Positions 1-9,277 of a stretch of 21,682 nt of DNA are shown here, piece by piece. The translations under genes and the position numbers were made by a program. Below the pieces are notes generated by a model that did not search any database, was not told the origin of the DNA, and saw only the letters and a list, made by a program, of their open reading frames with translations. The stretch lies in assembly GCA_052168235.1 (NCBI GenBank), contig JBQLZK010000092.1:1-21682 (forward strand), written 5' to 3'. This DNA is from Thainema sp. Lineage in GTDB: Bacteria; Cyanobacteriota; Cyanobacteriia; Phormidesmidales; Phormidesmidaceae. Within the stretch, counting starts at the first letter, position 1. Every line of letters begins with the position of its first letter.

Positions 1-35
1 GGCTGGATTTGGACTTAGCACTCTCAAGTCTCTAT

Positions 36-704
36 TTAGAATGCAATAGCCCTGGCTTGAGTAGAAACAGCAGAATCCGTTTCATCAGGATCACTTACGT
101 ATTCAATATCTTTAGTAAATATTTCAACTGCTCTTTTGCCAATTCTGCGAGTTGAATAGTTCGACCATCCAGCAATTGCAGCAGCACCAACAGCAGGAAC
201 ATATCTGCCTAGTATGCTTTTAGATGCACTTTGAGCAGTCTTAGCTGAAAACATTTGTACAACTTTCATTAAAATATTAGTAGAAGTTTTTTGTACCAAA
301 ACTTTACTTCCCTGAATTGTAAGTATTCCGATGCCACCCGTCACAGCAGCAGAAGTAAGTACACCCAGAATCAAGTCCCTTGATAAAAAATCCTGTTTTC
401 CATGAGCTACGCCTAAATCGTAAACCATCCGAGTTTGATTTAGAATCAGCTCTCTAATTTCAGGAAGAACAGCTACTAAACCTGCTGGCCCTGCTAAAGC
501 AGCAATGCCAGATGCTCCAGAAACTAATGTGTTGCGATTACTATATTTAGTAATTATTTTTTTTACGTCATCTCCATCAGGAATTTTGTCAGGATTTTGG
601 TTATAAAAATCCGTCTTCTGATTAATAACGTTATCTGTCATACCAAGAATGAACGAAGTTAGTTCTTCCTGTATTTTCTGTACTACTTGATTCGACTTGG
701 GCAT
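36..704 (-). CDS. EcsC-like family protein (222 aa)
   Basis: Intact ORF with Gly/Ala-rich hydrophobic segments (VSGASGIAALAGPAGLVAVLP; GRYVPAVGAAAIAGWSNYSTRRIGKRAVEIF) and a 'QTRMVYDLGVAHG' segment resembling EcsC/DUF697-type proteins; family assigned from recalled similarity. Visibly more AT-rich than neighbouring genes. Confidence 0.7.
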   Translation of the reverse strand: MPKSNQVVQKIQEELTSFILGMTDNVINQKTDFYNQNPDKIPDGDDVKKIITKYSNRNTLVSGASGIAALAGPAGLVAVLPEIRELILNQTRMVYDLGVAHGKQDFLSRDLILGVLTSAAVTGGIGILTIQGSKVLVQKTSTNILMKVVQMFSAKTAQSASKSILGRYVPAVGAAAIAGWSNYSTRRIGKRAVEIFTKDIEYVSDPDETDSAVSTQARAIAF

Positions 705-765
705 GTTTTGAAACCTGCTGATAAGAGATCTAATGGTAAGTTTTAACGAGTCAAACAGGGTTTCA

Positions 766-835
766 CAGAGAAAGTAGCTAGATTCCCTACATATCTACAT
801 TGCACTTCAGCTTACTTAATGCAGAGAATCTAGCT
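766..835 (-). terminator. Candidate intrinsic terminator or hairpin downstream of cysQ
   Basis: 17-bp stem 776-792 / 819-835. Its two mismatches on the + strand (C-A, A-C) become G-U pairs on the minus strand, and it is followed by ACUUUCUCU. The loop is large (26 nt). Confidence 0.45.
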
Positions 836-889
836 TTGATCAGGACAACTATGAACTAAGTTAACCAAGACAACAAGCGAAGCTGTCTA

Positions 890-1807
890 CTATGCCGAAA
901 CAGTAGCTCTCCCATCAATTTCAGTAATCAATTCATTTGCTGCTTTGCATAATTCCTCGTGGCAGTGGCCGTGACTGGCGAGCAAACCGCCCCACTGGGC
1001 CACATCTTCTTGGTTGTAGAGTAATGGCGAACCATCAAAGCGTGTCCACTTGCCGCCCGCTTCCGATAGCACCAGTTCCGGTGCGGCAATATCCCAATCC
1101 TTGGGAGCCGACTTGCCCGAAAGACCAATGTAGACCTCGGCTTCTTGCTCTAGAATCGTGGCGATTTTGCAACCGACACTACCCACCGTGCGCTGTTTTT
1201 GTACCGGATAGCGCTGGAGCAGTTCAACCAGTCGTGCATCCCGATGGCTACCGCTGGCGACTACGGTTAAATCATCTAGATTTGTGCGATCGGAGACCTG
1301 AATTTTTTTCTGCTGGAATTCGCCGTTCTCACGAGTTTCGCAGTAGGTGCCGTGGCCTTTTGCGGCATAGTAGAGCTTGCCTAGTTCTGGACAGGCAACA
1401 ACGGCTAATACAGGCCGACCTTCATTAACCAGGGCAATATGAACCGCAAATGTGCCCGTCCGCTCAATGAAATCGCGGGTGCCATCTAGCGGATCGATGA
1501 TCCATACCCAGGGATGATTGAAGCGCTCAGACGTGGGATCAGCTTTGTAGGTTTCTTCACTGAGATAGTAAAAGTCTTCTTTGCCGAGCTTGGAGTAAAA
1601 CAGTTCCAGGATGTAATGATTAACCGCTAAGTCAGCCTTCGTAACGGGGCCATCTTTTTTATCTTTGATTTCCAAAGAATCGCTATCAGTTTCGTCCTTG
1701 GGATAGTAGTAGGACAGTAAAATGTCTGCGGCTCCCCAGCCCGCCTCGCGAGCAATTGCTAAGACATCTTCGACGGAATGGCCCGCGATCGTTTGTAAGT
1801 CAGCCAC
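890..1807 (-). CDS. cysQ: 3'(2'),5'-bisphosphate nucleotidase CysQ / inositol monophosphatase family
   Basis: Motifs PVTKAD, LSEE, WIIDPLDGT, GSVGCK, WDIAA; GTG start preceded by a GGAGGA Shine-Dalgarno. Confidence 0.88.
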   Translation of the reverse strand: MADLQTIAGHSVEDVLAIAREAGWGAADILLSYYYPKDETDSDSLEIKDKKDGPVTKADLAVNHYILELFYSKLGKEDFYYLSEETYKADPTSERFNHPWVWIIDPLDGTRDFIERTGTFAVHIALVNEGRPVLAVVACPELGKLYYAAKGHGTYCETRENGEFQQKKIQVSDRTNLDDLTVVASGSHRDARLVELLQRYPVQKQRTVGSVGCKIATILEQEAEVYIGLSGKSAPKDWDIAAPELVLSEAGGKWTRFDGSPLLYNQEDVAQWGGLLASHGHCHEELCKAANELITEIDGRATVSA

Positions 1808-2029
1808 GCTTTAAATCCTCCAACTGTTCTTCGCTACGTTAGCAAGTTTTGTAAAGCAGCGGCTAGATACCGCTATACGTTTCACCATCAGATTTACAAA
1901 TAATTCACGCAGCATCCTGTAAATTTGCGATCGCTTCTTTAAGAACGTAAGGCAAGAGGAGTAAACGATGAAGATAGCAGCCACATTGGTTAAGGCATGG
2001 GTAAATTCTAAAAACGTTCAAACGCTTGA

Positions 2030-2173
2030 ATGCTGCATCATGTAACTGCCGCAACCAAAACAGGAAATATCTGGCAGTTCGGCCAATTTGATCGCCCATC
2101 TCGTGAAGTAACGCAAAATCTTGCACTCTACCGAGTTCCAGCCGATGTAGAGGATCTGCTGCGGATTTTATAG
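2030..2173 (+). pseudogene. C-terminal remnant of a common ~200-aa cyanobacterial hypothetical protein
   Basis: Translates as MLHHVTAATKTGNIWQFGQFDRPSREVTQNLALYRVPADVEDLLRIL*. TGNIWQFG...LYRVPADxExLLRIL matches my recollection of the C-terminus of a multicopy cyanobacterial family. The N-terminal three quarters are absent. Below the ORF-track size cutoff. Confidence 0.6.
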
Positions 2174-2383
2174 TGATTCCAGTTAAGAGTGAGAAAACGA
2201 GAGAGGAGAGTGCCTCATCCTGAGGCACTCTCCTCTCTCGTTCTTATCTAGAACCCCTATAGTGGGTAGTTTGGAAGCTTCATCAGGTGAAGCATGAGCA
2301 TCCGGTCGGGGGGTACTGCCCGCCAAATCTTTGGATAACTGCAAGCATCCGGTAAGTATTGTTCACCAAATCTGAACTATCAC
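2169..2383. mobile_element. Putative MITE-like dispersed repeat carrying a perfect palindrome
   Basis: Begins TATAGTGATTCCAGTTAAG and ends CTGAACTATCAC (degenerate terminal inverted repeat, 3-nt gap). Contains a 22-bp-arm palindrome and two copies of AGCATCCGGT. No coding capacity. Confidence 0.4.
2196..2242. repeat. Perfect inverted repeat, 22-bp arms, 3-nt loop
   Basis: AACGAGAGAGGAGAGTGCCTCA-TCC-TGAGGCACTCTCCTCTCTCGTT. Confidence 0.95.
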
Positions 2384-2396
2384 AAGCGTACAAGCA

Positions 2397-3104
2397 TCAT
2401 TCAATTCTGCCGTAGCGTGCTGTGAGCTGAACGTTCGGATTGGCTTGCTGTTGCTGCCAGGCCCACATTTGGTCGCCATAGGAAAAATGCCACCACTCGT
2501 TGTGATGCTGGCAGAATCCAGCTTCGCACATCACACGGCGTAAAAGCTGACGGTTGCGATGATAGGTCTGCTCAAGGGATTGCTGACTGTTAGCAAAATG
2601 GTTGGGATACGAACGAGGTGAGGGTTCATCAATCGGCGAACCCATTGCGATCGCAGTGCCAGTCTCGTCAACTACTGTGACATCTACGGCAGCTCCAGTA
2701 CTGTGAGGTGGCGGACAGGCCGGATCAGGATTGGGGGCAGCCCAAAATTCATAAACCTGCTCAAACACCTGCTGGCGTTCGGTCTCCGTCATCGTTTCAA
2801 CGGCCAATCCCTGAGCAGCAGCAATCTCGTGAAACGTATGATAGACCATAAACTTCTGCACAGCCACGGGACGATAGGCATCAAAAATTTGAATTCGCCA
2901 ATTGGGGTACTGCTGTTGGAGAACGGCTTGCGCCTGTTGAAGACGGTTGCAGACTCCCTGCCGCACAAAGAAGGGAGAGCGATCGCCATAGGGAGCACCC
3001 AGCTTAGCGTAGGGATGAGGCTGCACCAGGGCAAACTGTTCTGCCGACAGAGGCACTAGTGGTTCACGGCAGTCTTGAACGGGAATCGTTTGGTAGGGCT
3101 TCAT
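2397..3104 (-). CDS. ddpX: D-alanyl-D-alanine dipeptidase, M15 family (VanX/DdpX-like), 235 aa
   Basis: Motifs IFDAYRP, PPHSTGAAVD and NEWWHFSYGD (Zn ligands). Start moved to ATG 3104 (MKPYQ...), typical of cyanobacterial homologues. Confidence 0.85.
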   Translation of the reverse strand: MKPYQTIPVQDCREPLVPLSAEQFALVQPHPYAKLGAPYGDRSPFFVRQGVCNRLQQAQAVLQQQYPNWRIQIFDAYRPVAVQKFMVYHTFHEIAAAQGLAVETMTETERQQVFEQVYEFWAAPNPDPACPPPHSTGAAVDVTVVDETGTAIAMGSPIDEPSPRSYPNHFANSQQSLEQTYHRNRQLLRRVMCEAGFCQHHNEWWHFSYGDQMWAWQQQQANPNVQLTARYGRIE

Positions 3105-3266
3105 GGCTAATAGAGATGACCGCAGCGGGAGCCTGTTACCTTGATTACGGGGGGCAACGCTCATTTTCCGATAGGCTACACATAGGTCGTGTTGCAAAAC
3201 CTGTGGTTGGAGCACCAACCACAGATCTAAAACAACACCACAACTATCATTACTTACAGCATATTC

Positions 3267-3941
3267 ATGATTCAGGCGATTCTATACGACCTTGACGGCA
3301 CTCTGGCTGACACCGACCCGATTCACTTTCAAACCTGGCAGCAGGTGCTGAAGGATCACCAGTTTGAAATTGACCATGCGTTTTATCGCCAGCACTTCAG
3401 CGGTCGGCTCAATCCAGATATTGTGCGCGACCTGCTGCCCCATCTAAGCGATAAGGCTGGCAAAGAATTGTGCGATCGCAAAGAGGCCTTATTTCGAGAA
3501 TGGGCTGAACAGCAGCTTCAGCCGCTGGCCGGACTGCTGGATTTAATTACCTGGGGCAAGACAAACCATATTCGGCAGGCGGTCGTGACCAATGCGCCGC
3601 GCCTGAATGCTGAATTTACCCTCAGCCTCTTGAATCTGACCGATGTCTTTGAGTTTGTTGTGCTGGCGGAAGATTTACCCAAAGGCAAACCCGATCCGCT
3701 GCCCTATCAAACGGCCTTGAATCGGCTGGGCCTGGAGCCGACAGAAGCGTTGACGTTTGAGGATTCTCCCTCTGGTATTCGCTCCTCGGTGGCAGCGGGC
3801 ATTCCAACCATCGGCGTGGCTACGACCCACGCTCCGGAGGATATGCAAGCCCTCGGTGCTGTGATAATTGTTGACGATTTTACCGATGAGCGGATTCAAA
3901 CCTTGTTCCAAGCATCGGAGACGCCTGGCGTTTTGCCATAG
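3267..3941 (+). CDS. HAD-IA family hydrolase/phosphatase (beta-PGM/CbbY-like)
   Basis: Motif I DLDGTLADT, motif II VTN, motif III KPDP, motif IV FEDSPSG. Confidence 0.92.
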   Translation: MIQAILYDLDGTLADTDPIHFQTWQQVLKDHQFEIDHAFYRQHFSGRLNPDIVRDLLPHLSDKAGKELCDRKEALFREWAEQQLQPLAGLLDLITWGKTNHIRQAVVTNAPRLNAEFTLSLLNLTDVFEFVVLAEDLPKGKPDPLPYQTALNRLGLEPTEALTFEDSPSGIRSSVAAGIPTIGVATTHAPEDMQALGAVIIVDDFTDERIQTLFQASETPGVLP

Positions 3942-3976
3942 GGCATGCCAAACCGTTGTCTTTTTAAGCGCTACGT

Positions 3977-4044
3977 GGTTAGAAGCCGATAGTTTTGAGC
4001 AGCCGCGCCTCCGCGCGGCTGCTCAAAACTATCGGCTTCTAACC
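3977..4044. repeat. Perfect inverted repeat, 32-bp arms, 4-nt loop, between convergent HAD and sufS genes
   Basis: GGTTAGAAGCCGATAGTTTTGAGCAGCCGCGC-CTCC-GCGCGGCTGCTCAAAACTATCGGCTTCTAACC. Confidence 0.95.
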
Positions 4045-4083
4045 TGATTACGTTCAGTACAAGAGTGGCAACGAGGCTGGATA

Positions 4084-5346
4084 TTAACCAAAGATGCTGC
4101 CGAAGAAGTCCACCGCTTCTTTGAGTGCCGCGATAAACGTATCAATCTCTTCCTTGGTGTTGTAGAAATAGAGGCTAGCCCGCGCTGTGGACTGGGCACC
4201 CACAACTCGGTGCAGCGGCTGTGTACAGTGGTGGCCAGCACGAATGGCGACGCCCGCCTGATCCAAAATTGTGGAAATATCGTGGGGATGAACCGCTCCG
4301 GTCGTAAACGACGCCAGCGCTGCATGACCTTTACCACCGGACTGAGGCTTCGGCCCGTAAATTGTCACATCGGGCACTTGCTCCAGCTCTTGGAACAGAT
4401 AGCTGGTCAGCTCATTCTCGTAGGCATAGATTTTGTCCATGCCGATGCCATTGAGATAATCGACGGCGGCACCGAGAGCAATCGCTTCTGAGATCGCAGG
4501 TGTGCCCGCTTCAAACTTGTGGGGCACATCGGCATAGGTGGAGTGATCCAGAAACACATCGGCAATCATCTCGCCACCACCGAGGAACGGCGGCATCTGG
4601 CGCAGAATCTCGCGCTTGCCATAGAGGAAGCCAATGCCAGTGGGCGCACACATTTTGTGGCCAGAGGCAACCAGCCAATCACAGTCAATCGCCTGCACAT
4701 CCAGCTTCATATGGGGCGCACTCTGACAGGCATCAATCAGTACCTTCGCACCGTGCTGATGGGCCAGCTTGGCGATTTGCTGAACAGGATTGACGCAGCC
4801 CAGGGTGTTTGAAACGTGAACGACAGAAACCAGCTTGGTGCGATCGCACAATAGATCTTCGTATTGGTTCAGGTCAAACGCCTGATGCTCGTCTAGTTCG
4901 ACAAACTTGAGTACCGCACCCGTTTTCTGAGCCACGATTTGCCAGGGCACCAAGTTGCTGTGGTGCTCCATGACCGTTAGAATCACCTCGTCACCCTGCT
5001 TCAGGTTGTTCATCCCCCAAGCGTAGGCCACCAAATTAATCGCTTCAGTGGCATTGCGCGTATAGACAATCTCGTCGCGATGGGCCGCATTAACGAAGGC
5101 CGCCACCTTATCCCGCGCTCCCTCGTAGGCATCGGTTGCTCGCGCACTCAGGGTATGAACACCGCGATGCACGTTGGCGTTGTCTTGCTCGTAGTAGTTC
5201 CGCAGGGCATCCAGTACCGCCACTGGCTTTTGAGAGGTGGCGGCATTGTCCAGGTAGACGAGCGGCTTGCCGTGAATCTGCTGATTCAAAATCGGGAAGT
5301 CCGCGCGCACCTTGGTAGCGAGAGTGATGTCTTGAGCAAGGGTCAT
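4084..5346 (-). CDS. sufS: Cysteine desulfurase SufS
   Basis: [21 protein letters not shown] (PLP lysine), FEAGTP, RAGHHC (catalytic Cys); last gene of the suf operon. Confidence 0.97.
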   Translation of the reverse strand: MTLAQDITLATKVRADFPILNQQIHGKPLVYLDNAATSQKPVAVLDALRNYYEQDNANVHRGVHTLSARATDAYEGARDKVAAFVNAAHRDEIVYTRNATEAINLVAYAWGMNNLKQGDEVILTVMEHHSNLVPWQIVAQKTGAVLKFVELDEHQAFDLNQYEDLLCDRTKLVSVVHVSNTLGCVNPVQQIAKLAHQHGAKVLIDACQSAPHMKLDVQAIDCDWLVASGHKMCAPTGIGFLYGKREILRQMPPFLGGGEMIADVFLDHSTYADVPHKFEAGTPAISEAIALGAAVDYLNGIGMDKIYAYENELTSYLFQELEQVPDVTIYGPKPQSGGKGHAALASFTTGAVHPHDISTILDQAGVAIRAGHHCTQPLHRVVGAQSTARASLYFYNTKEEIDTFIAALKEAVDFFGSIFG

Positions 5347-5437
5347 AGTGGTTGGCTGGGTTCTAGCGAATAAAGAAACGAGCGTTATGTGAGCAGTCTA
5401 GTTGGGGTGGATCTGGAGAACGAAAAACATAAATGCG

Positions 5438-6766
5438 TTAGTGAGTTTGCTCAGTCACATACTGAGTCAAGGTTTGCCGCAGTTCCGCCACCGGAATGCG
5501 ATTGATAATGTCTTGAGCAAAGGCAAAAATCAGCAGGCGCTGGGCGTTGTCCTGGCTAATGCCGCGACTCTGTAGATAGAAGACCTCATCTGCTTCGAGC
5601 TGACTAATCGTCGCGCCGTGAGCACACTTGACGTTATCGGCCACGATTTCAAGCTGCGGCTTGGTATCCACTCGCGCCTTGTCTGACAGCAGCAGGTTGC
5701 GATTGAGCTGACTAGCGTTGGTCAACTGAGCATTGTGGGGCACGAAAATCTTGCCGTTAAACACCGCATGGGCCTGATCATCAACAATGTTTTTCTGAAT
5801 CTGGTCAGCAGTGCCGTGGGGCTGACTATAGTGAATCGCGCTGTGGGTATCTGCGACTTGCTTCCCAGTCAGCAGTGATAACCCGTACAGATTGGTTTCC
5901 GTCTGTGGCCCGGTTTGAAAGATGTCGATATTGTGTCGAGAGAGCTGACCACCAAGTGCGATCGCATTTAACACATACCGACTATCCCGCGCCTGCGATA
6001 CGGCTGTTTTGCCAATATGGAACGTTTGATGACTGTCCCGCTGAACGCGTGTATGGTTGACCTGCGCGTTTTCATCGAGCCAAACTTCAGTCACAGCATT
6101 CGTTAACTGAGCGGTATCACCAAAGCCAATGTAGTCTTCGACTAGCGTGACAGCACTGCTGGATTCAGCAACGACGAGAGTACGAGGCTGAGCGAGCTGA
6201 TTCGCGGTTGCCGTACTCACGAACAGCAGATGCAGAGGAGCCTCAACTACCTGATTGCGCGGAATCCAGACAATCGCGGCATCTTGGAACCCTGCCGCAT
6301 TCAAAGCGGTGAAGACTTCGTTGCCGCCTTTTTGCTGACCCAAATAGGTTGAGAGTTGGCTGCCCTCTAACGCATCTAGATTGCCGACAACGATCCCACC
6401 GGGTAAATCTGCTGTTGTGGATAGCTCTGGCGCGTAGCGACCATCGACAAATACCAGTCGCGTCTTGGTTTCCGTCAGTGTATAACTTTCAATCTGCTTG
6501 GCATTCACTGAACCAGAAGCGGCAACAGGCTGGAACTCTGTGGCCAGCATAGTTGACAGGTCAGTGAACTTCCATTCCTCATCGCGGGTCGAGGGAAAGG
6601 TTTGTTCATGGACGAGGGCAGAAGTGCGATCGCGCAATTCATCGAGCCAGTTACCCTGATCGGCGCGAACGGAACGCTCTAAAAGTCCTTTCAGGTAAGC
6701 TTGCCGCTCAGCAGCCGCTTTGCTCTGGGGTGGAGCTTGCGTTTCGGGAGAGACTTGGATGGTCAT
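5438..6766 (-). CDS. sufD: Fe-S cluster assembly protein SufD
   Basis: [43 protein letters not shown]; start overlaps the sufC stop (ATGA). Confidence 0.96.
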   Translation of the reverse strand: MTIQVSPETQAPPQSKAAAERQAYLKGLLERSVRADQGNWLDELRDRTSALVHEQTFPSTRDEEWKFTDLSTMLATEFQPVAASGSVNAKQIESYTLTETKTRLVFVDGRYAPELSTTADLPGGIVVGNLDALEGSQLSTYLGQQKGGNEVFTALNAAGFQDAAIVWIPRNQVVEAPLHLLFVSTATANQLAQPRTLVVAESSSAVTLVEDYIGFGDTAQLTNAVTEVWLDENAQVNHTRVQRDSHQTFHIGKTAVSQARDSRYVLNAIALGGQLSRHNIDIFQTGPQTETNLYGLSLLTGKQVADTHSAIHYSQPHGTADQIQKNIVDDQAHAVFNGKIFVPHNAQLTNASQLNRNLLLSDKARVDTKPQLEIVADNVKCAHGATISQLEADEVFYLQSRGISQDNAQRLLIFAFAQDIINRIPVAELRQTLTQYVTEQTH

Positions 6767-7554
6767 ACCGCAGCTACCTCCGCTTGGCTCTCTTCCAGTA
6801 CCCAGTCATAGCCACGAGATTCAAGCTCTTCGGCCAATTCCTTCCCGCCTGTGCGGAGAATCTGACCCTGCGCCATCACGTGAACAAAATCGGGCTGGAT
6901 ATAGTTCAGCAGCCGCTGGTAGTGGGTAATCAGCAGAACGCTGTTTTCGGGCGTTGTGATCTGATTGACGCCACCCGCCACGGTTTTGAGCGCGTCGATA
7001 TCCAGACCGGAATCGGTTTCGTCCAGAATGGCCAGCTTGGGTTCCAGCAGCGCCATTTGCAGGATTTCGTTGCGCTTCTTCTCACCACCGGAGAAGCCCT
7101 CATTCACGCTGCGGCTCAGGAAGCTAGGATCCATCTTGACGACATCCAGCTTTTCTTGAATCAGCTCGTCAAAGTCGAAGGAATCCAGTTCCTCTAGCCC
7201 CTGCTGCTGACGATGGGCGTTATAGGAAACGCGCAGAAAGTCGAGGTTGCTGACGCCTGGGATTTCAATCGGGTACTGGAATGCCAGAAAAATGCCAGCC
7301 CAAGCCCGCTTTTCCGCTTCCAGCTCAGAGAGATCCTGACCCCGGAACAAGATTTCGCCACCCGTCACCGTATAGTCGGGATGACCCGCCAAAATCTTGG
7401 AGAAGGTACTTTTACCGGAACCATTTGGCCCCATAATGGCGTGGATTTCGCCTGCCTTAATGTCTAAATCCAAGCCTTTCAGAATTTGCACGCCATCGAC
7501 CTCGGCTGTGAGGTCTTTGACCGAAAGAATGACTTCTGCGTTCTCGTTAATCAC
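6763..7554 (-). CDS. sufC: Fe-S cluster assembly ATPase SufC
   Basis: Walker [20 protein letters not shown], signature FSGGEKKR, Walker [22 protein letters not shown] start. Confidence 0.97.
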   Translation of the reverse strand: MINENAEVILSVKDLTAEVDGVQILKGLDLDIKAGEIHAIMGPNGSGKSTFSKILAGHPDYTVTGGEILFRGQDLSELEAEKRAWAGIFLAFQYPIEIPGVSNLDFLRVSYNAHRQQQGLEELDSFDFDELIQEKLDVVKMDPSFLSRSVNEGFSGGEKKRNEILQMALLEPKLAILDETDSGLDIDALKTVAGGVNQITTPENSVLLITHYQRLLNYIQPDFVHVMAQGQILRTGGKELAEELESRGYDWVLEESQAEVAAV

Positions 7555-7566
7555 GGCTCAATCTAC

Positions 7567-7605
7567 GTCCTAACTCGTCCTAATGGTGTCCTAAATCGTT
7601 CCTAA
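7567..7605. repeat. Four phased heptamer direct repeats (G/T)TCCTAA in the sufB-sufC spacer
   Basis: Copies start at 7567, 7577, 7588 and 7599 (periods 10, 11, 11). Confidence 0.8.
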
Positions 7606-7665
7606 TAGTTACTGCATGCCTTTATGCGCATTGAGCGATGGCATCGAGCAATACTGCAATACTCA

Positions 7666-9108
7666 TTAACCGACTGAATTTTCTAGCTTCAGCGCTAGCA
7701 AACGGTCAGCTTCGACCGCAAACTCCATCGGCAGTTCGTTAAACACGTCCTTACAGAAGCCGCTGATAATCATTGAGACAGCGTCTTCTTCGGAAATGCC
7801 GCGCTGAGCAAAGTAGAAGAGCTGATCCTCGCCAATTTTGGAGGTTGACGCTTCGTGCTCCACCTTAGATCGATTATTTTGCACCTGGATGTAGGGGAAG
7901 GTGTTGGCCGAAGAGGTGTCGCCAATCAGCATTGAGTCGCATTGAGAGTAGTTGCGCGCCCCTGCTGCCTTCGGACCAATTTTGACCAGACCTCGGTAGC
8001 TGTTCTTGGATTTTCCAGCCGAGATACCCTTAGAAATAATGGTGCTGCGGGTGTTCTTGCCGATGTGGATCATCTTGGTGCCCGTGTCGGCCTGCTGATA
8101 GTTATTGGTCAGTGCTACCGAGTAGAACTCACCCACGGAGTTGTCACCTTTGAGAACGCAACTGGGATACTTCCAGGTGATGGCGGAACCCGTTTCTACC
8201 TGCGTCCAGGAAATCTTGGAGTTAATGCCCGCACAAAGACCGCGCTTAGTAACAAAGTTGTAAATGCCGCCTTTGCCTTCTTCGTTGCCAGCGTACCAGT
8301 TTTGGACGGTGGAATACTTGATTTCAGCGTTATCCAGTGCCACCAGTTCAACCACGGCTGCATGAAGCTGGTTGGTGTCGAACATGGGAGCTGTGCAGCC
8401 TTCTAGGTACGTTACCGAGCTGCCTTCGTCGGCCACAATCAGCGTCCGCTCAAACTGGCCAGACTCGCCGTTGTTAATCCGGAAGTAGGTAGACAAGTCC
8501 ATTGGGCACTTGACGCCTTTAGGAATGTAGACAAATGAGCCATCACTAAAGACAGCGGAGTTTAGTGCAGCATAGTAGTTGTCGCCCGTGGGAACAACGC
8601 TGCCCAAATACTTCTCAATGAGTTCCGGATAGTCTTTTACGGCTTCTGAAACGGAGCAGAAGATAACACCTGCCTCAGCCAGCTTTTCCCGGAAGGTCGT
8701 GGCAACGGAAACGCTGTCAAAGATCGCGTCAACCGCGACGTTTACGTTAGCCAAACGCTTTTGCTCGGACAACGGAATACCGAGTTTCTCAAAAGTTTCC
8801 AGTAGAGCGGGATCAACTTCATCTAGGCTACCCAGCTTCTCTTTCTTCTTGGGTGCTGAGTAGTAAACAATTTTTTGATAATCAATCGGCGGATACTGCA
8901 CATTGGGCCAGGTTGGCTCTTGCATCTTGAGCCACTGGCGATAGGCTTTCAGCCGGAAGTTGAGCATAAACTCAGGCTCACCCTTCTTGGCTGAAATGGC
9001 GCGTACAACCTCTTCACTGAGTCCGGGGGGTAGAGAGTCGGACTCAATGTCGGTGATAAACCCGTACTTATAAGGTTGATTAACAAGCGTTTTAACAGAT
9101 GTACTCAT
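7666..9108 (-). CDS. sufB: Fe-S cluster assembly protein SufB
   Basis: [51 protein letters not shown]. Confidence 0.98.
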   Translation of the reverse strand: MSTSVKTLVNQPYKYGFITDIESDSLPPGLSEEVVRAISAKKGEPEFMLNFRLKAYRQWLKMQEPTWPNVQYPPIDYQKIVYYSAPKKKEKLGSLDEVDPALLETFEKLGIPLSEQKRLANVNVAVDAIFDSVSVATTFREKLAEAGVIFCSVSEAVKDYPELIEKYLGSVVPTGDNYYAALNSAVFSDGSFVYIPKGVKCPMDLSTYFRINNGESGQFERTLIVADEGSSVTYLEGCTAPMFDTNQLHAAVVELVALDNAEIKYSTVQNWYAGNEEGKGGIYNFVTKRGLCAGINSKISWTQVETGSAITWKYPSCVLKGDNSVGEFYSVALTNNYQQADTGTKMIHIGKNTRSTIISKGISAGKSKNSYRGLVKIGPKAAGARNYSQCDSMLIGDTSSANTFPYIQVQNNRSKVEHEASTSKIGEDQLFYFAQRGISEEDAVSMIISGFCKDVFNELPMEFAVEADRLLALKLENSVG

Positions 9109-9277
9109 GGGTAACTTAATGCTCTCGACTCTCTCTACGGATCTCTTGGGCTGATGATGGTTGTGGCCATCGTGGGGGGAATGTGCGATCGCACTTGATA
9201 TATCGTGCTCAACTCATGAAATCTGACATATCATCACGTCGCACATCTCTTGCAAGTACTCCAAGTTAAGTAACTTA

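Noticed and set aside
1905..2228. 107-aa minus-strand ORF from the track
   Set aside because: It starts inside the perfect palindrome, lies antisense to a recognisable gene remnant, and has no family motif. EAIANLQDAA only faintly recalls HicB.
2245..2396. Possible 6S RNA, riboswitch or other known ncRNA
   Set aside because: I could not match motifs of 6S, SRP, tmRNA, Yfr1/Yfr2 or glutamine riboswitches; treated as a repeat element instead.
3105..3218. N-terminal extension of the D-Ala-D-Ala dipeptidase ORF
   Set aside because: The extra 38 residues look non-conserved and occupy the divergent promoter region; MKPYQ is the more plausible start.
7666..9108. Intein in SufB
   Set aside because: Length is a normal 480 aa and there are no splicing motifs.
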